Translations under genes and position numbers: made by a program | Part shown: positions 47,012 through 55,397 of the stretch, one piece after another | Numbering within the stretch: position 1 is the first letter of the stretch | Layout of the letters: every line of letters starts with the position of its first letter | Assembly (NCBI GenBank): GCA_026646655.1 | Contig: JAPKHT010000008.1 | Location: forward strand, 8,426-72,425 | DNA from: Verrucomicrobiia bacterium | GTDB taxonomy: Bacteria > Verrucomicrobiota > Verrucomicrobiia > JADLBR01 | Reading direction: 5' to 3' | Length of the DNA stretch: 64,000 nucleotides | The notes under the pieces: generated by a model | The model's input: the letters and a program-made list of their open reading frames with translations, nothing else | Databases searched by the model: none | What the model was told of the DNA's origin: nothing

Positions 47012-49258
47012 CTACTTCTTGAATCCCGACTCAGTGCCCGAGCGCCGGATCTTGGACTCATCGATGTCCCCCGGCTGCCAGCGCCGCGCCATCGTCACGT
47101 CATCGAGGACCTTCGCGGCCTGGCCGGGGATATCGACGATCCCGGTGCGGTTGAAGAGCGCCGGCTGCACGTACTGGCGGGTGTACGCCGCGGCATAATC
47201 CTTCCAGTGGGCCAGTGCCGACTCGAGATGACGGATTGCCGAGGCCCTCCGTGCCTCGTCGCCGCTCTTGTCGAATAGGGCGAGTTCGCAGGCGCCGCGG
47301 ATCTTCGCCGCGTAATACCGACCGAGGTGCGCCATGGCCTCGATGTCGCCCAGCGTGGCCGCGTACTCCCTCGCGCCATCGGCCGAGGTGATGGTTGCCC
47401 GCCGCAAGTCCGGCAGGGCATCGAGGGCCTTAACCGCGTTGCCGTCCAGCGTCGCGGCGATCTCCGGCGGCGTGACGCCTTCCGGTTTCTGTTTGGCGAG
47501 TAGCCGGGCCCGCCACTCGATGATGTTGAGCACCCCCGCGCCGGGCATGGTGCCGCCCTCGATGAAATCGCGCACCGTGTAGAATCCGCTCTTCCTGCGG
47601 CACGCCTCGGGAAACCATTTGATGTCGATGTCGCCCCAGAAGAAGCGGGTGATGTGCGGGAAGGTCTTCGAGGCGCTGGCCCACGCGGACGTGAGGGCGC
47701 CGACATCGGCCCCGGGGAACCGGGCCCCCACGAGTCGCCCGAACGTTGCGGCGGGTAATTCCGGATCATATGCCAGCCGCCCCCACAGCGCGAATGAGAG
47801 CCATTGCTTCTGCATCACCGTCTGTCGCGGGTTCCCCGGATCCTTGGACAGGAAATCCCTTCCCCAGGTGTAGCCGTCGGGTCCCATGTAAAATCCGGCG
47901 ATCTTGTCTTCACCGGGGATGGCCCTGATGAAGGCGCGGGCGTAATCCACATCGGCCCACCGGAAGCTATAGATGTCGTCGTTGCGCACCGTCAGCCAAC
48001 TGCGAAGCTCGGGCGAGAGAAGCGGGAGCAGTGGCCGGATCATGCCGGGATCGGGCACGGAGTACATGTGCGCGATGGCGTATTTGAAACTCAGGTCGAG
48101 TTGGCAGGGCAGCTCGGCAAACGCCTGCCGGATGTCGCCCAGCCCCGTCATGTGGAATCGATGGATGAGGCGGAACTCGCGCCCCGGGGTCGCCTTTAAC
48201 GCGTCGCGGATGCCCTCCCCGTAAGTCTGCCAGAGCCACTGCTCCTTATCCCGGGCGCTCATCTCTTTGGGGAAACCCTCGCCGGCGGTGATCCCCATGC
48301 CCGCCAGCAAGGGATAGGTGGCGACGGTCTCGCGCGCGCTCGCGCGGAAATACGCGATGGTCCGCGGTGCCCGCTTGTCGTCCGTGATGCCATCCTTCCC
48401 CTCGGCGCCATACAGAAAGATGTTCCAGGTGAACCAGTAGACATCCACGCCGCGGTCCTTGGCCAACCGCATGACATCGCGCCAGAAGGCGATCTTCTCG
48501 TCGATGGTGATCCTCTTGACCACCTCATGGTCGGCGAGCATCTCGGGCCGGACAAAACCGTGCCCGGCGCCGCTGAAGTTCTCGTCCAACGCCGCCCTTG
48601 TCCGCCAGACATCATCGAGGGCCACGCTCGGGAACTCGCGCACCCTGACGATGCTGGGGAAGGGATGGAGGGACCACAGGGAGATGAGATTGTATCGGTG
48701 GCGCGCCATGTCGTCGAACATCTCGCGCCAGAAGCCCATGCTCCACATTTCAGGGATGTTTGCCTGGGCGGCGTCGGCCGGATCGGAATAGGACGGCGTG
48801 CGCAGGTCGAGGGGGATGTTGAATTTGATGCCGCGCTGGGCGATGTGTGGCCGACGATCGGAATCCCGGATGCGATCGAGCGTGCCGGTGCGGATGGCCT
48901 CGGCGATGTCCAGGCCCCCATACATCAGGCCGGCGGTGTCGGCACCCAGGACGCGTATGACCGGCGCGCCACCGTCGCGCCCCACCCGGATCGCATAACC
49001 CTGCGGGACCCCGGCGACCCCGTCCTGGCGCTCGATGGCCAACGAAATGCGAATCGCATCCGCGGGCGCCGACGAGAGACCCTCGGTCACCGCCAGCCCG
49101 CGCGCCTCTGCCTCCCGGCGGATCTCCGCCGCCGCGAACCTCGCCGGTCCGCTGTCCCCTGCCAGATCGATGACGACCCCGTCCCCGGCCAGGGCGTGAT
49201 GCGATAGCACCGTAATCAGCACGAGGGAGAGGGGAGCGAACCGAATGCCGCCAAGCAT
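47012..49258 (-). CDS. Secreted glycoside hydrolase with a GH20b-like N-terminal domain and a TIM-barrel, possibly GH115-like alpha-glucuronidase; family uncertain
   Basis: Signal peptide (MLGGIRFAPLSLVLITVLSHHALAG), N-terminal domain with GLMYGGLDIAEAI, large barrel-like middle and helical C-terminus. The ATG is at 49256-49258. Confidence 0.5.
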   Translation of the reverse strand: MLGGIRFAPLSLVLITVLSHHALAGDGVVIDLAGDSGPARFAAAEIRREAEARGLAVTEGLSSAPADAIRISLAIERQDGVAGVPQGYAIRVGRDGGAPVIRVLGADTAGLMYGGLDIAEAIRTGTLDRIRDSDRRPHIAQRGIKFNIPLDLRTPSYSDPADAAQANIPEMWSMGFWREMFDDMARHRYNLISLWSLHPFPSIVRVREFPSVALDDVWRTRAALDENFSGAGHGFVRPEMLADHEVVKRITIDEKIAFWRDVMRLAKDRGVDVYWFTWNIFLYGAEGKDGITDDKRAPRTIAYFRASARETVATYPLLAGMGITAGEGFPKEMSARDKEQWLWQTYGEGIRDALKATPGREFRLIHRFHMTGLGDIRQAFAELPCQLDLSFKYAIAHMYSVPDPGMIRPLLPLLSPELRSWLTVRNDDIYSFRWADVDYARAFIRAIPGEDKIAGFYMGPDGYTWGRDFLSKDPGNPRQTVMQKQWLSFALWGRLAYDPELPAATFGRLVGARFPGADVGALTSAWASASKTFPHITRFFWGDIDIKWFPEACRRKSGFYTVRDFIEGGTMPGAGVLNIIEWRARLLAKQKPEGVTPPEIAATLDGNAVKALDALPDLRRATITSADGAREYAATLGDIEAMAHLGRYYAAKIRGACELALFDKSGDEARRASAIRHLESALAHWKDYAAAYTRQYVQPALFNRTGIVDIPGQAAKVLDDVTMARRWQPGDIDESKIRRSGTESGFKK

Positions 49259-49401
49259 GCGACGATCCAAGCGACCACCCACTCGGCGGTCGATCTCAAA
49301 CGTCCGCGGGTTCCTCCGCGGGAATGTTCCGGCTCGATCTCCCCACGCCCAAAGGCAGCATACCCCCAAGGACTCTCGGTCGGGACGACGAGGATGTGGA
49401 T

Positions 49402-50766
49402 ATGAGGGTGGTTGTGAGTCGGGTCATGCCCTTCGCCCTGTTCCTGGCGCCATGGATCGCGCCCGGTGCGGAGGTCCGCATCGCCAGCGATTTCCCGGGC
49501 GGCAATATCGTAATCGAGAGGATCGAAGGGGATGACGTATTCGTCCACCAGGATCTCCGCGACACCAAGGGCGACTGGTTCTATTGGTACTTCGCGGTGC
49601 GCGGCGCACAGGGCCGCGAGCTGACATTCCATTTCACGAGAAGCCGGGCCATCGGACCGCTCGGGCCCGGCGTCAGCCGCGACGGGGGAAGGAGTTGGGC
49701 GTGGCTCGGCCGCAGGGGTTCACCCACGTCGTTCACCTGCGGCTTTGGCTCTGACGACACCGAGGTGCGGTTCAGCTTCGGCATGCCCTACCAGCACGCG
49801 GACCTGATGCGCTTTTTAGAAAGGCACGCGAAGAAACCGTGCCTGAAACGCGAGGTGTTGGGCAAGACGCGGAAAGGCAGGCCTGTCGACCTGCTGCGGA
49901 TCGGACGTCCCGGCGCAAGGGCGAAGCACAAGGTGCTTGTCACCGCGCGCCACCACGCCTGCGAGATGATGGCGAGCTATGTCGCGGAGGGGTTGATCGA
50001 TGCGTTCCTTGAGGATTCCGAGACCGGGCGATGGTTGCGGGAGCACGTCGATTGCGCCGTGGTCCCGATGGTGGACCTGGATGGCGTCGAGGACGGCGAC
50101 CAGGGGAAGAACCGCCAACCGCACGACCACAAGGCCGACTACCGGGGCACGAGCATCTACCCGGAGGTGGCGGCCCTGCGGAAGTTCCTGGCGGAATGGG
50201 CGGGCGGCCGACCCGACGTCGACATCGACCTGCACAACCCCGGCATCAACCACGACAGGATCTACACCCACGCGCTGCGCGCCGCGGTGGGCGAGGGACC
50301 CGAGTCACGCGCCCCGGAGAGGAAATTCCTGGAGACGCTGGAGGCCGTGCAGCGGGGCCCAATGAAATTTCGCCTCCAGGACTCGGTGGATTTCGCCGCG
50401 CGCATGGCCGCCAAATCGAAGACGGCGGAGGGCGAGGGCGCGACGCCTGGCGACAAGGTCCCGGGGACCATGGCGGGCAGTCGCGATGGCGAGGTGAACG
50501 CCGGGTTCGAGATCCCCTACGCCCTCGTGGGCGACGTCCCCGTCACGCCCGACTCCGCGCGGGCCTTCGGGCACGACATCGCCCGGGCCCTGGTCGTCTC
50601 GGCCAATGGGATTCTGGGCGATTTGCCGGAGGCGGGAGCCTCGGCGCTGGATCCGTCCCCGACCGGCCAGGCCGAGGAGATCGCGGTCAGCCACCCCACC
50701 GCAACCAGACGCGAGCGGTTCGCTCTGCCCAAGGCCGGACACACGGCCCGGGTGATCATCGAGTGA
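49402..50766 (+). CDS. M14-family zinc carboxypeptidase-like / succinylglutamate-desuccinylase-like protein
   Basis: Signal peptide, then HxxE zinc motif (ARHHACEMMAS) and a downstream His. The ATG at 49402 has a GAGGA SD. Confidence 0.55.
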   Translation: MRVVVSRVMPFALFLAPWIAPGAEVRIASDFPGGNIVIERIEGDDVFVHQDLRDTKGDWFYWYFAVRGAQGRELTFHFTRSRAIGPLGPGVSRDGGRSWAWLGRRGSPTSFTCGFGSDDTEVRFSFGMPYQHADLMRFLERHAKKPCLKREVLGKTRKGRPVDLLRIGRPGARAKHKVLVTARHHACEMMASYVAEGLIDAFLEDSETGRWLREHVDCAVVPMVDLDGVEDGDQGKNRQPHDHKADYRGTSIYPEVAALRKFLAEWAGGRPDVDIDLHNPGINHDRIYTHALRAAVGEGPESRAPERKFLETLEAVQRGPMKFRLQDSVDFAARMAAKSKTAEGEGATPGDKVPGTMAGSRDGEVNAGFEIPYALVGDVPVTPDSARAFGHDIARALVVSANGILGDLPEAGASALDPSPTGQAEEIAVSHPTATRRERFALPKAGHTARVIIE

Positions 50767-50847
50767 GGTCCGTGACTGAGGCACGAAATCGAGACAGATT
50801 GAAGAAAACTGGCCAAAGGGAGGCAGGTCCTGTTCGATTATATAGCC

Positions 50848-51774
50848 ATGACGGAACATCCCATCCGATATTTTCTGCCGACATCGCGCGCCTTTGACGG
50901 AACCAAGCGCGTCCTTTTTCAACCATTTGAACTCGGGAAGTGGTTCGTTCTGGGGTTCAGCGCGTGGCTCGCCGGCTTGCTTGACGGGAATGGGGGCGGC
51001 GGTGGCACCGGCGTCGGGGGCGACCAGACGGATGGCGGTCCGGCGGAAAGCTTCCTTCGGGGGGTGGCCGATTGGGCGCAGCAGCACATGGGGATCGCGA
51101 TCCTGATCGGGGCGGTGGTGCTGCTGGTCTTCATCGGTCTGGCGGTGCTGCTATTCTGGATCAGCTCGCGCGGCAAATTCATGTTTCTCGACAACGTGGT
51201 CCACAATCGGGCGAGGGTGAGGATTCCATGGAACCAGTTTCGCGCTCAGGGGAATTCGCTCTGCCTCTGGCGGCTGGTTTTCGCGGCGATCGCCATTTCC
51301 GCGGTCCTGATCGTCGTCGGGGCCTTCGCCGTGCCATGTGTCATGCTGCGCGATTCGCGGGGATGGCTCTTGGCGCTGGCGGGTTGTGGTATCGCGGGGA
51401 CCCTGGCCCTTGTGCTGGCGCTCATCTACGTGGGCATCCTGCTTGAGGATTTCGTGATTCCGCTGATGTACCGGGATTCGCTCACCACGAATCAGGCTTG
51501 GGGGCGATTCCTCGCGGTGCACAGGTACTCGCCCGGCCACTTCGTGCGGTACGCGCTATGGAAAGTCGTCCTCGGAATAGCCGCGCTCGTCGCGATCGTC
51601 CTGGTGGGCATAGGAACGTGTGGCCTGGGGATTCTCCTGATGATCATCCCGTACATAGGGACCGTCTTCCTTCTTCCCGTCCCGGTCTTCTTCCGGTTTC
51701 TCGGGCCGGAGTTCCTGAGGCAATTCGGGGGCGACTGCGACATCTTGGATTCCGGGGCCGAGGCGGCGAAGTAG
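50848..51774 (+). CDS. Polytopic membrane protein of unknown function with a Gly-rich N-terminal loop
   Basis: Six or more predicted TM helices (IAILIGAVVLLVFIGLAVLLFWI, LVFAAIAISAVLIVVGAFAV, GIAGTLALVLALIYVGILL, VVLGIAALVAIVLVGIGTCGLGILLMIIPYIGTVFLLPV). GC is lower than surrounding genes. Confidence 0.5.
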   Translation: MTEHPIRYFLPTSRAFDGTKRVLFQPFELGKWFVLGFSAWLAGLLDGNGGGGGTGVGGDQTDGGPAESFLRGVADWAQQHMGIAILIGAVVLLVFIGLAVLLFWISSRGKFMFLDNVVHNRARVRIPWNQFRAQGNSLCLWRLVFAAIAISAVLIVVGAFAVPCVMLRDSRGWLLALAGCGIAGTLALVLALIYVGILLEDFVIPLMYRDSLTTNQAWGRFLAVHRYSPGHFVRYALWKVVLGIAALVAIVLVGIGTCGLGILLMIIPYIGTVFLLPVPVFFRFLGPEFLRQFGGDCDILDSGAEAAK

Positions 51775-51803
51775 GAATTTGCCGGACGAGGTCCGACAAA
51801 CTC

Positions 51804-52787
51804 CTAGCGCTGCTTCGCTCGCGCTTCCATGTCCCCGTGGACTGAGGTGAGCGAACGGACCAGTTCCTCCCAAGGCCGCCCGTCGCTTCGGACGAGGCCG
51901 CGGTTGGCCTCGCGCTCGGGGCTGTCGAAGTCGCCATATATAAACCAGTGGGCGCCGACGATGTAGGGCTCGTTGAAGAAGTCCGCGGCGATATGGGCGG
52001 CCTGGCGCGCGCGGATGGCCTGGGTGGGAACCGCCTGCGGGAAGGACCAATCCAGGACCGCCTTCTTCTGCCCGTATAGCCCGCTATCCATCGCCGGCAC
52101 GCTCCATTCGCCGACGATGAATGGTTTGCCGGTGCGCCGCGCGACTTCCCGCAGGACCGCAAGCCCGCTGGGCCCGACGCCGGCCGCTTGGTTGTCGGGA
52201 TACAGGTTGACGGCCACGAGGTCGTAGGCCGCGCAGAGGTCGATGTTGGGCAGCCAATGGGGCAGGCCGCCGAGGTTGTGGCGATTTGAGGCGATCAGGT
52301 GATCGGGGTCGGCCTCCCTCGTGACCCGCAGGGTGACGTCCACATAGCGCTGGTACAACCGCCGCGCGAAAGCGATGAAGTCCTCGTGCATCGGCCCGCG
52401 ATCCAGCGGTGGCTCGGGCCGGGCGGCGGCCAGAGCCTCATAACTGGCGAAGGCCGTGCACCAGCGCGCGTTGAGGGACGATATCTGGGGATACTCTTCC
52501 CGAAGGAACTCGATCAGTGCGCGACCGCAGTGCGGGCTCCAGACGAAGCGGTGAAGGTCGTCGAAGCCAATCTCATTGTCCACGAACCACGCGACGAAGT
52601 CCGGGTCGCCGCGCACCAACGATGCCTGATCTTCCGCACGTTTCCTGGCGGATGCTTCAAATCGCGGGTCGAACGGGTCGGGGAAACCGTGCTCGCCGTC
52701 CTTCTGCCGCCCGCGGCAGTCGGTGAGGAGGTCGAATTCGCCATGCCTGAGGCAGTCGTGGTAGTTCAGCACGGCGAATTGGGGCAT
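51804..52787 (-). CDS. Clan GH-A-like glycoside hydrolase fragment (NE and GEW catalytic-region motifs); the N-terminus may be missing or frameshifted
   Basis: From the ATG at 52785-52787 (MPQFAVLNYHDC...): WFVDNEIGF (acid/base NE) and FIVGEWSVP (nucleophile region). The NE lies only ~80 aa from this start, too close for a complete (beta/alpha)8 barrel. Confidence 0.45.
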   Translation of the reverse strand: MPQFAVLNYHDCLRHGEFDLLTDCRGRQKDGEHGFPDPFDPRFEASARKRAEDQASLVRGDPDFVAWFVDNEIGFDDLHRFVWSPHCGRALIEFLREEYPQISSLNARWCTAFASYEALAAARPEPPLDRGPMHEDFIAFARRLYQRYVDVTLRVTREADPDHLIASNRHNLGGLPHWLPNIDLCAAYDLVAVNLYPDNQAAGVGPSGLAVLREVARRTGKPFIVGEWSVPAMDSGLYGQKKAVLDWSFPQAVPTQAIRARQAAHIAADFFNEPYIVGAHWFIYGDFDSPEREANRGLVRSDGRPWEELVRSLTSVHGDMEARAKQR

Positions 52788-53835
52788 GGTCGGTCGCCCC
52801 TGCTCCCGCAACTCCTGGTTGTATCGGGCATAGCGCCGCAGCGAGTGCCAGCCGGCGAGGCCGTTGAAGCCCCAGCCACGGCCCGACCACCAGCGCACGC
52901 CCGACTTTCGCCTCTTCGGCCACGCGGAATCCCGCGGCATCTTCCGGCGCGACTTTCCCCTCATCCAGCGTGAGCACCGTTTGCCAAGGTGCGGTGATCT
53001 TTTCGCCTGGAGGCAGCGGCAGCATTCCGGATTCGGGACCGCCTTCCCTCGCATCGGTGGCCACCACTTGCCCGACGCCCAGCCTGACGAAACCGTCGCC
53101 AAATGCCTCCTTGAACATGGCAATGGCCCTGTCGCCAGAGCAGTGGCTTGGACCGACCTTCCGCACACCGAGTGCTTTCAGTTCCCGGATCACGCCGTTC
53201 ACCTCTTCCTCGGAATGCTTCAGGAGATGGAATCCGCCGAGGACCATGAATACGTCCCGCCGAAGTTCTTCCTTGGCCCGTTTGGTGATGGCCACGATCC
53301 CGGGATGTGCGCATCCGGTGACGATCACCAGCCCCTGCCCCGTCTCCAAGACCAGCGATTGTTCGACCGTCACCGGGCTCATCGTATGGCCCAGGACGAA
53401 AACGCCCTTGCAGACCTCCGCGGGTTGGTTGACGACGGTCACCGTCGCGGCCGCCGCTCCCACGTCGGACGCAAACGCCTCCGGCGTCCCGGCCGGCAGA
53501 AACACGGAAACGTCCCGGTTCTCCTTCAGAAACGGCAGGAGTCCGCCCGTGTGGTCCCCGTGATTGTGGGAAATCACAACCGATCGGACGTCCGTTGGGC
53601 GCACGCGCATCGCCTCGAGGTTGGCCAACAACAGGTCGCCTTTGCCTCCCGCATCAAACAGGATTGTCTTCTCGGGGCCCGTGACCACGCAGGCGAATCC
53701 CCAGTCGGAACGACATGCCGGGTCCGCCACGTAGTTGTCGTAGGCCACCTTGATCGTCAGCGAGGCCTCGGCGGCAAAGATGCCCGCCGCCGAGACCGCG
53801 AACCATCCGCATACCTTCGTGCTCCAGCGGGACAT
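52657..53835 (-). CDS. Metallo-beta-lactamase-fold hydrolase with a signal peptide; the 3' end is uncertain and overlaps the next gene's frame
   Basis: Signal peptide (MSRWSTKVCGWFAVSAAGIFAAEA); HxHxDH motif VISHNHGDHTGG; distal His/Asp motifs (GCAHPG, GPSHCSGD). The MBL fold ends near 52990, but the frame stays open to 52657 with progressively junk-like sequence. Confidence 0.6.
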   Translation of the reverse strand: MSRWSTKVCGWFAVSAAGIFAAEASLTIKVAYDNYVADPACRSDWGFACVVTGPEKTILFDAGGKGDLLLANLEAMRVRPTDVRSVVISHNHGDHTGGLLPFLKENRDVSVFLPAGTPEAFASDVGAAAATVTVVNQPAEVCKGVFVLGHTMSPVTVEQSLVLETGQGLVIVTGCAHPGIVAITKRAKEELRRDVFMVLGGFHLLKHSEEEVNGVIRELKALGVRKVGPSHCSGDRAIAMFKEAFGDGFVRLGVGQVVATDAREGGPESGMLPLPPGEKITAPWQTVLTLDEGKVAPEDAAGFRVAEEAKVGRALVVGPWLGLQRPRRLALAAALCPIQPGVAGAGATDHAPIRRAELPRLPQAWRIRPPHRLPRAAEGRRARFPRPVRPAI

Positions 53836-53948
53836 TGCCGACCTCCTTGCGAACGGGTTGTTCACGGCTTGCCGCGAGTCGTAGCACAACCCAATCTCTT
53901 CCCCAACCAGAAAGGACTGGCCCTCCTCGAGGAGAAAGGAAAGTCACC

Positions 53949-55397
53949 GTGAAACTGCAACGCGCCCGCACCCTCATGACCGCCGCGCTCGTGCTCGGCG
54001 GATCGCATTTGCCCGCCGCCGAGCCGGCCAACCCCGGACGCGAGGCGCGCCTCGCGTGGTGGCACGAGGCAAAGTTCGGTATGTTCATTCACTGGGGCCT
54101 GTACTCGCACCTGGCCGGCGAGTGGAAGGGCGGGTATTACCAGGGCATCGGCGAGTGGATCATGTACAAGGCCCGCATCCCCATCGCGGACTACGAGGGC
54201 GTCGCCAAGCGGTTCAACCCGGTGAAGTTCGACGCCGACGCATGGGCGCAACTGGCGCAGGACGCGGGGATGCGATACCTCATCATCACCTCCAAGCACC
54301 ACGACGGCTTCGCGATGTTCGGGTCGAAGGCCGACCGCTTCAACATCGTGGACGCGACGCCGTTCGGGCGAGACCCGGTGAAGGAACTCGCCGCCGCGTG
54401 CGCGAAGCGCGGCATCAAGTTCGGCGTCTATTATTCGCAGGCGCAGGACTGGTCGGCACCGGGAGGCGCGATCTGGAAAGGGCCGCACGAGGCCGATCCG
54501 GTCTGGGAGGTGCCGCAGTGGGACCCGCGGCAGAACGGCGACTTCGACACCTACTTCGACGCGAAGGCGCTCCCGCAGGTGCGCGAACTCTTGGGCAACT
54601 ACGGCCCGATTTCCGTGATGTGGTTCGACACGCCGCTCGGCGTCATGAACGTCGAGCGCGCCGCGAAGCTCCAGAAGGTCGTGCGCGACCTCCAGCCGGA
54701 CTGCCTCATCAGCGGACGCCTCGGTGGGAAGTTTCAGAGCGACTACGATTCCGAGGGCGACAACGCCATCCCGAACCTCGCCCGCGCCGGCGCGTGGGAA
54801 ACCCCCGCCACCCTGAATCACACCTGGGGCTTCAAGAAACACGACCACCATTGGAAGACGCCCGCCAACGTCATTTTCAAACTCGTGGACATCGTCAGCA
54901 AGGGCGGCAACTACCTGCTCAATATCGGCCCCGACGGCGAGGGCGTCATCCCGCGGCCCAGCGCGGATACCCTCCTCGGCGTCGGCCGCTGGCTCAAGGT
55001 CAACGGCGAGGCGATCTACGGCGCCGGGCGAACGCCGTTCGGCGAGGAATTTGGAACCCCCGCCAAAGCCTCGCAGGACAAGAGATCCGCACCGCCCGCC
55101 GAGTGGCGCTGTGAGTCCTGCGGGGCCACCCAGGCGCGCCCTCCGCAATTCGAGCCCCGCACCGAGTGGCGTTGCACCACGAAGCCCGGCATGCTCTACA
55201 TCCACATCTTCCAATGGCCCGCCACCGGCCAGGTCGAGCTGCCGGCGGTGAAGGGGAAGATCACCAAGGCCTATCTGCTGACCGACCCGCAGAAGGCGGA
55301 ACTGAAGGTGACCCAGACGGAAACCGGTGTTTCCATCGCCCTGGCGGCCAAAGCGCCCGACCCGATCGCTTCAGTGGTTTGTCTGGAAGCCAAATGA
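53949..55397 (+). CDS. Alpha-L-fucosidase (GH29)
   Basis: Signal peptide, then AWWHEAKFGMFIHWGLYS, the GH29 hallmark, and ITSKHHDGFAMF with the catalytic Asp context. A GTG start at 53949 with an AGGAGAAAGGAAAG SD is assumed. Confidence 0.85.
   Translation: MKLQRARTLMTAALVLGGSHLPAAEPANPGREARLAWWHEAKFGMFIHWGLYSHLAGEWKGGYYQGIGEWIMYKARIPIADYEGVAKRFNPVKFDADAWAQLAQDAGMRYLIITSKHHDGFAMFGSKADRFNIVDATPFGRDPVKELAAACAKRGIKFGVYYSQAQDWSAPGGAIWKGPHEADPVWEVPQWDPRQNGDFDTYFDAKALPQVRELLGNYGPISVMWFDTPLGVMNVERAAKLQKVVRDLQPDCLISGRLGGKFQSDYDSEGDNAIPNLARAGAWETPATLNHTWGFKKHDHHWKTPANVIFKLVDIVSKGGNYLLNIGPDGEGVIPRPSADTLLGVGRWLKVNGEAIYGAGRTPFGEEFGTPAKASQDKRSAPPAEWRCESCGATQARPPQFEPRTEWRCTTKPGMLYIHIFQWPATGQVELPAVKGKITKAYLLTDPQKAELKVTQTETGVSIALAAKAPDPIASVVCLEAK

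Noticed and set aside
52788-53168. N-terminal 127 aa of ORF 51804..53168
   Set aside because: Arg/Cys/Trp-rich non-protein-like sequence upstream of the first ATG. Only the distal part (~52900-52950) looks coding; this is treated as a possible frameshift rather than a genuine long N-terminus.
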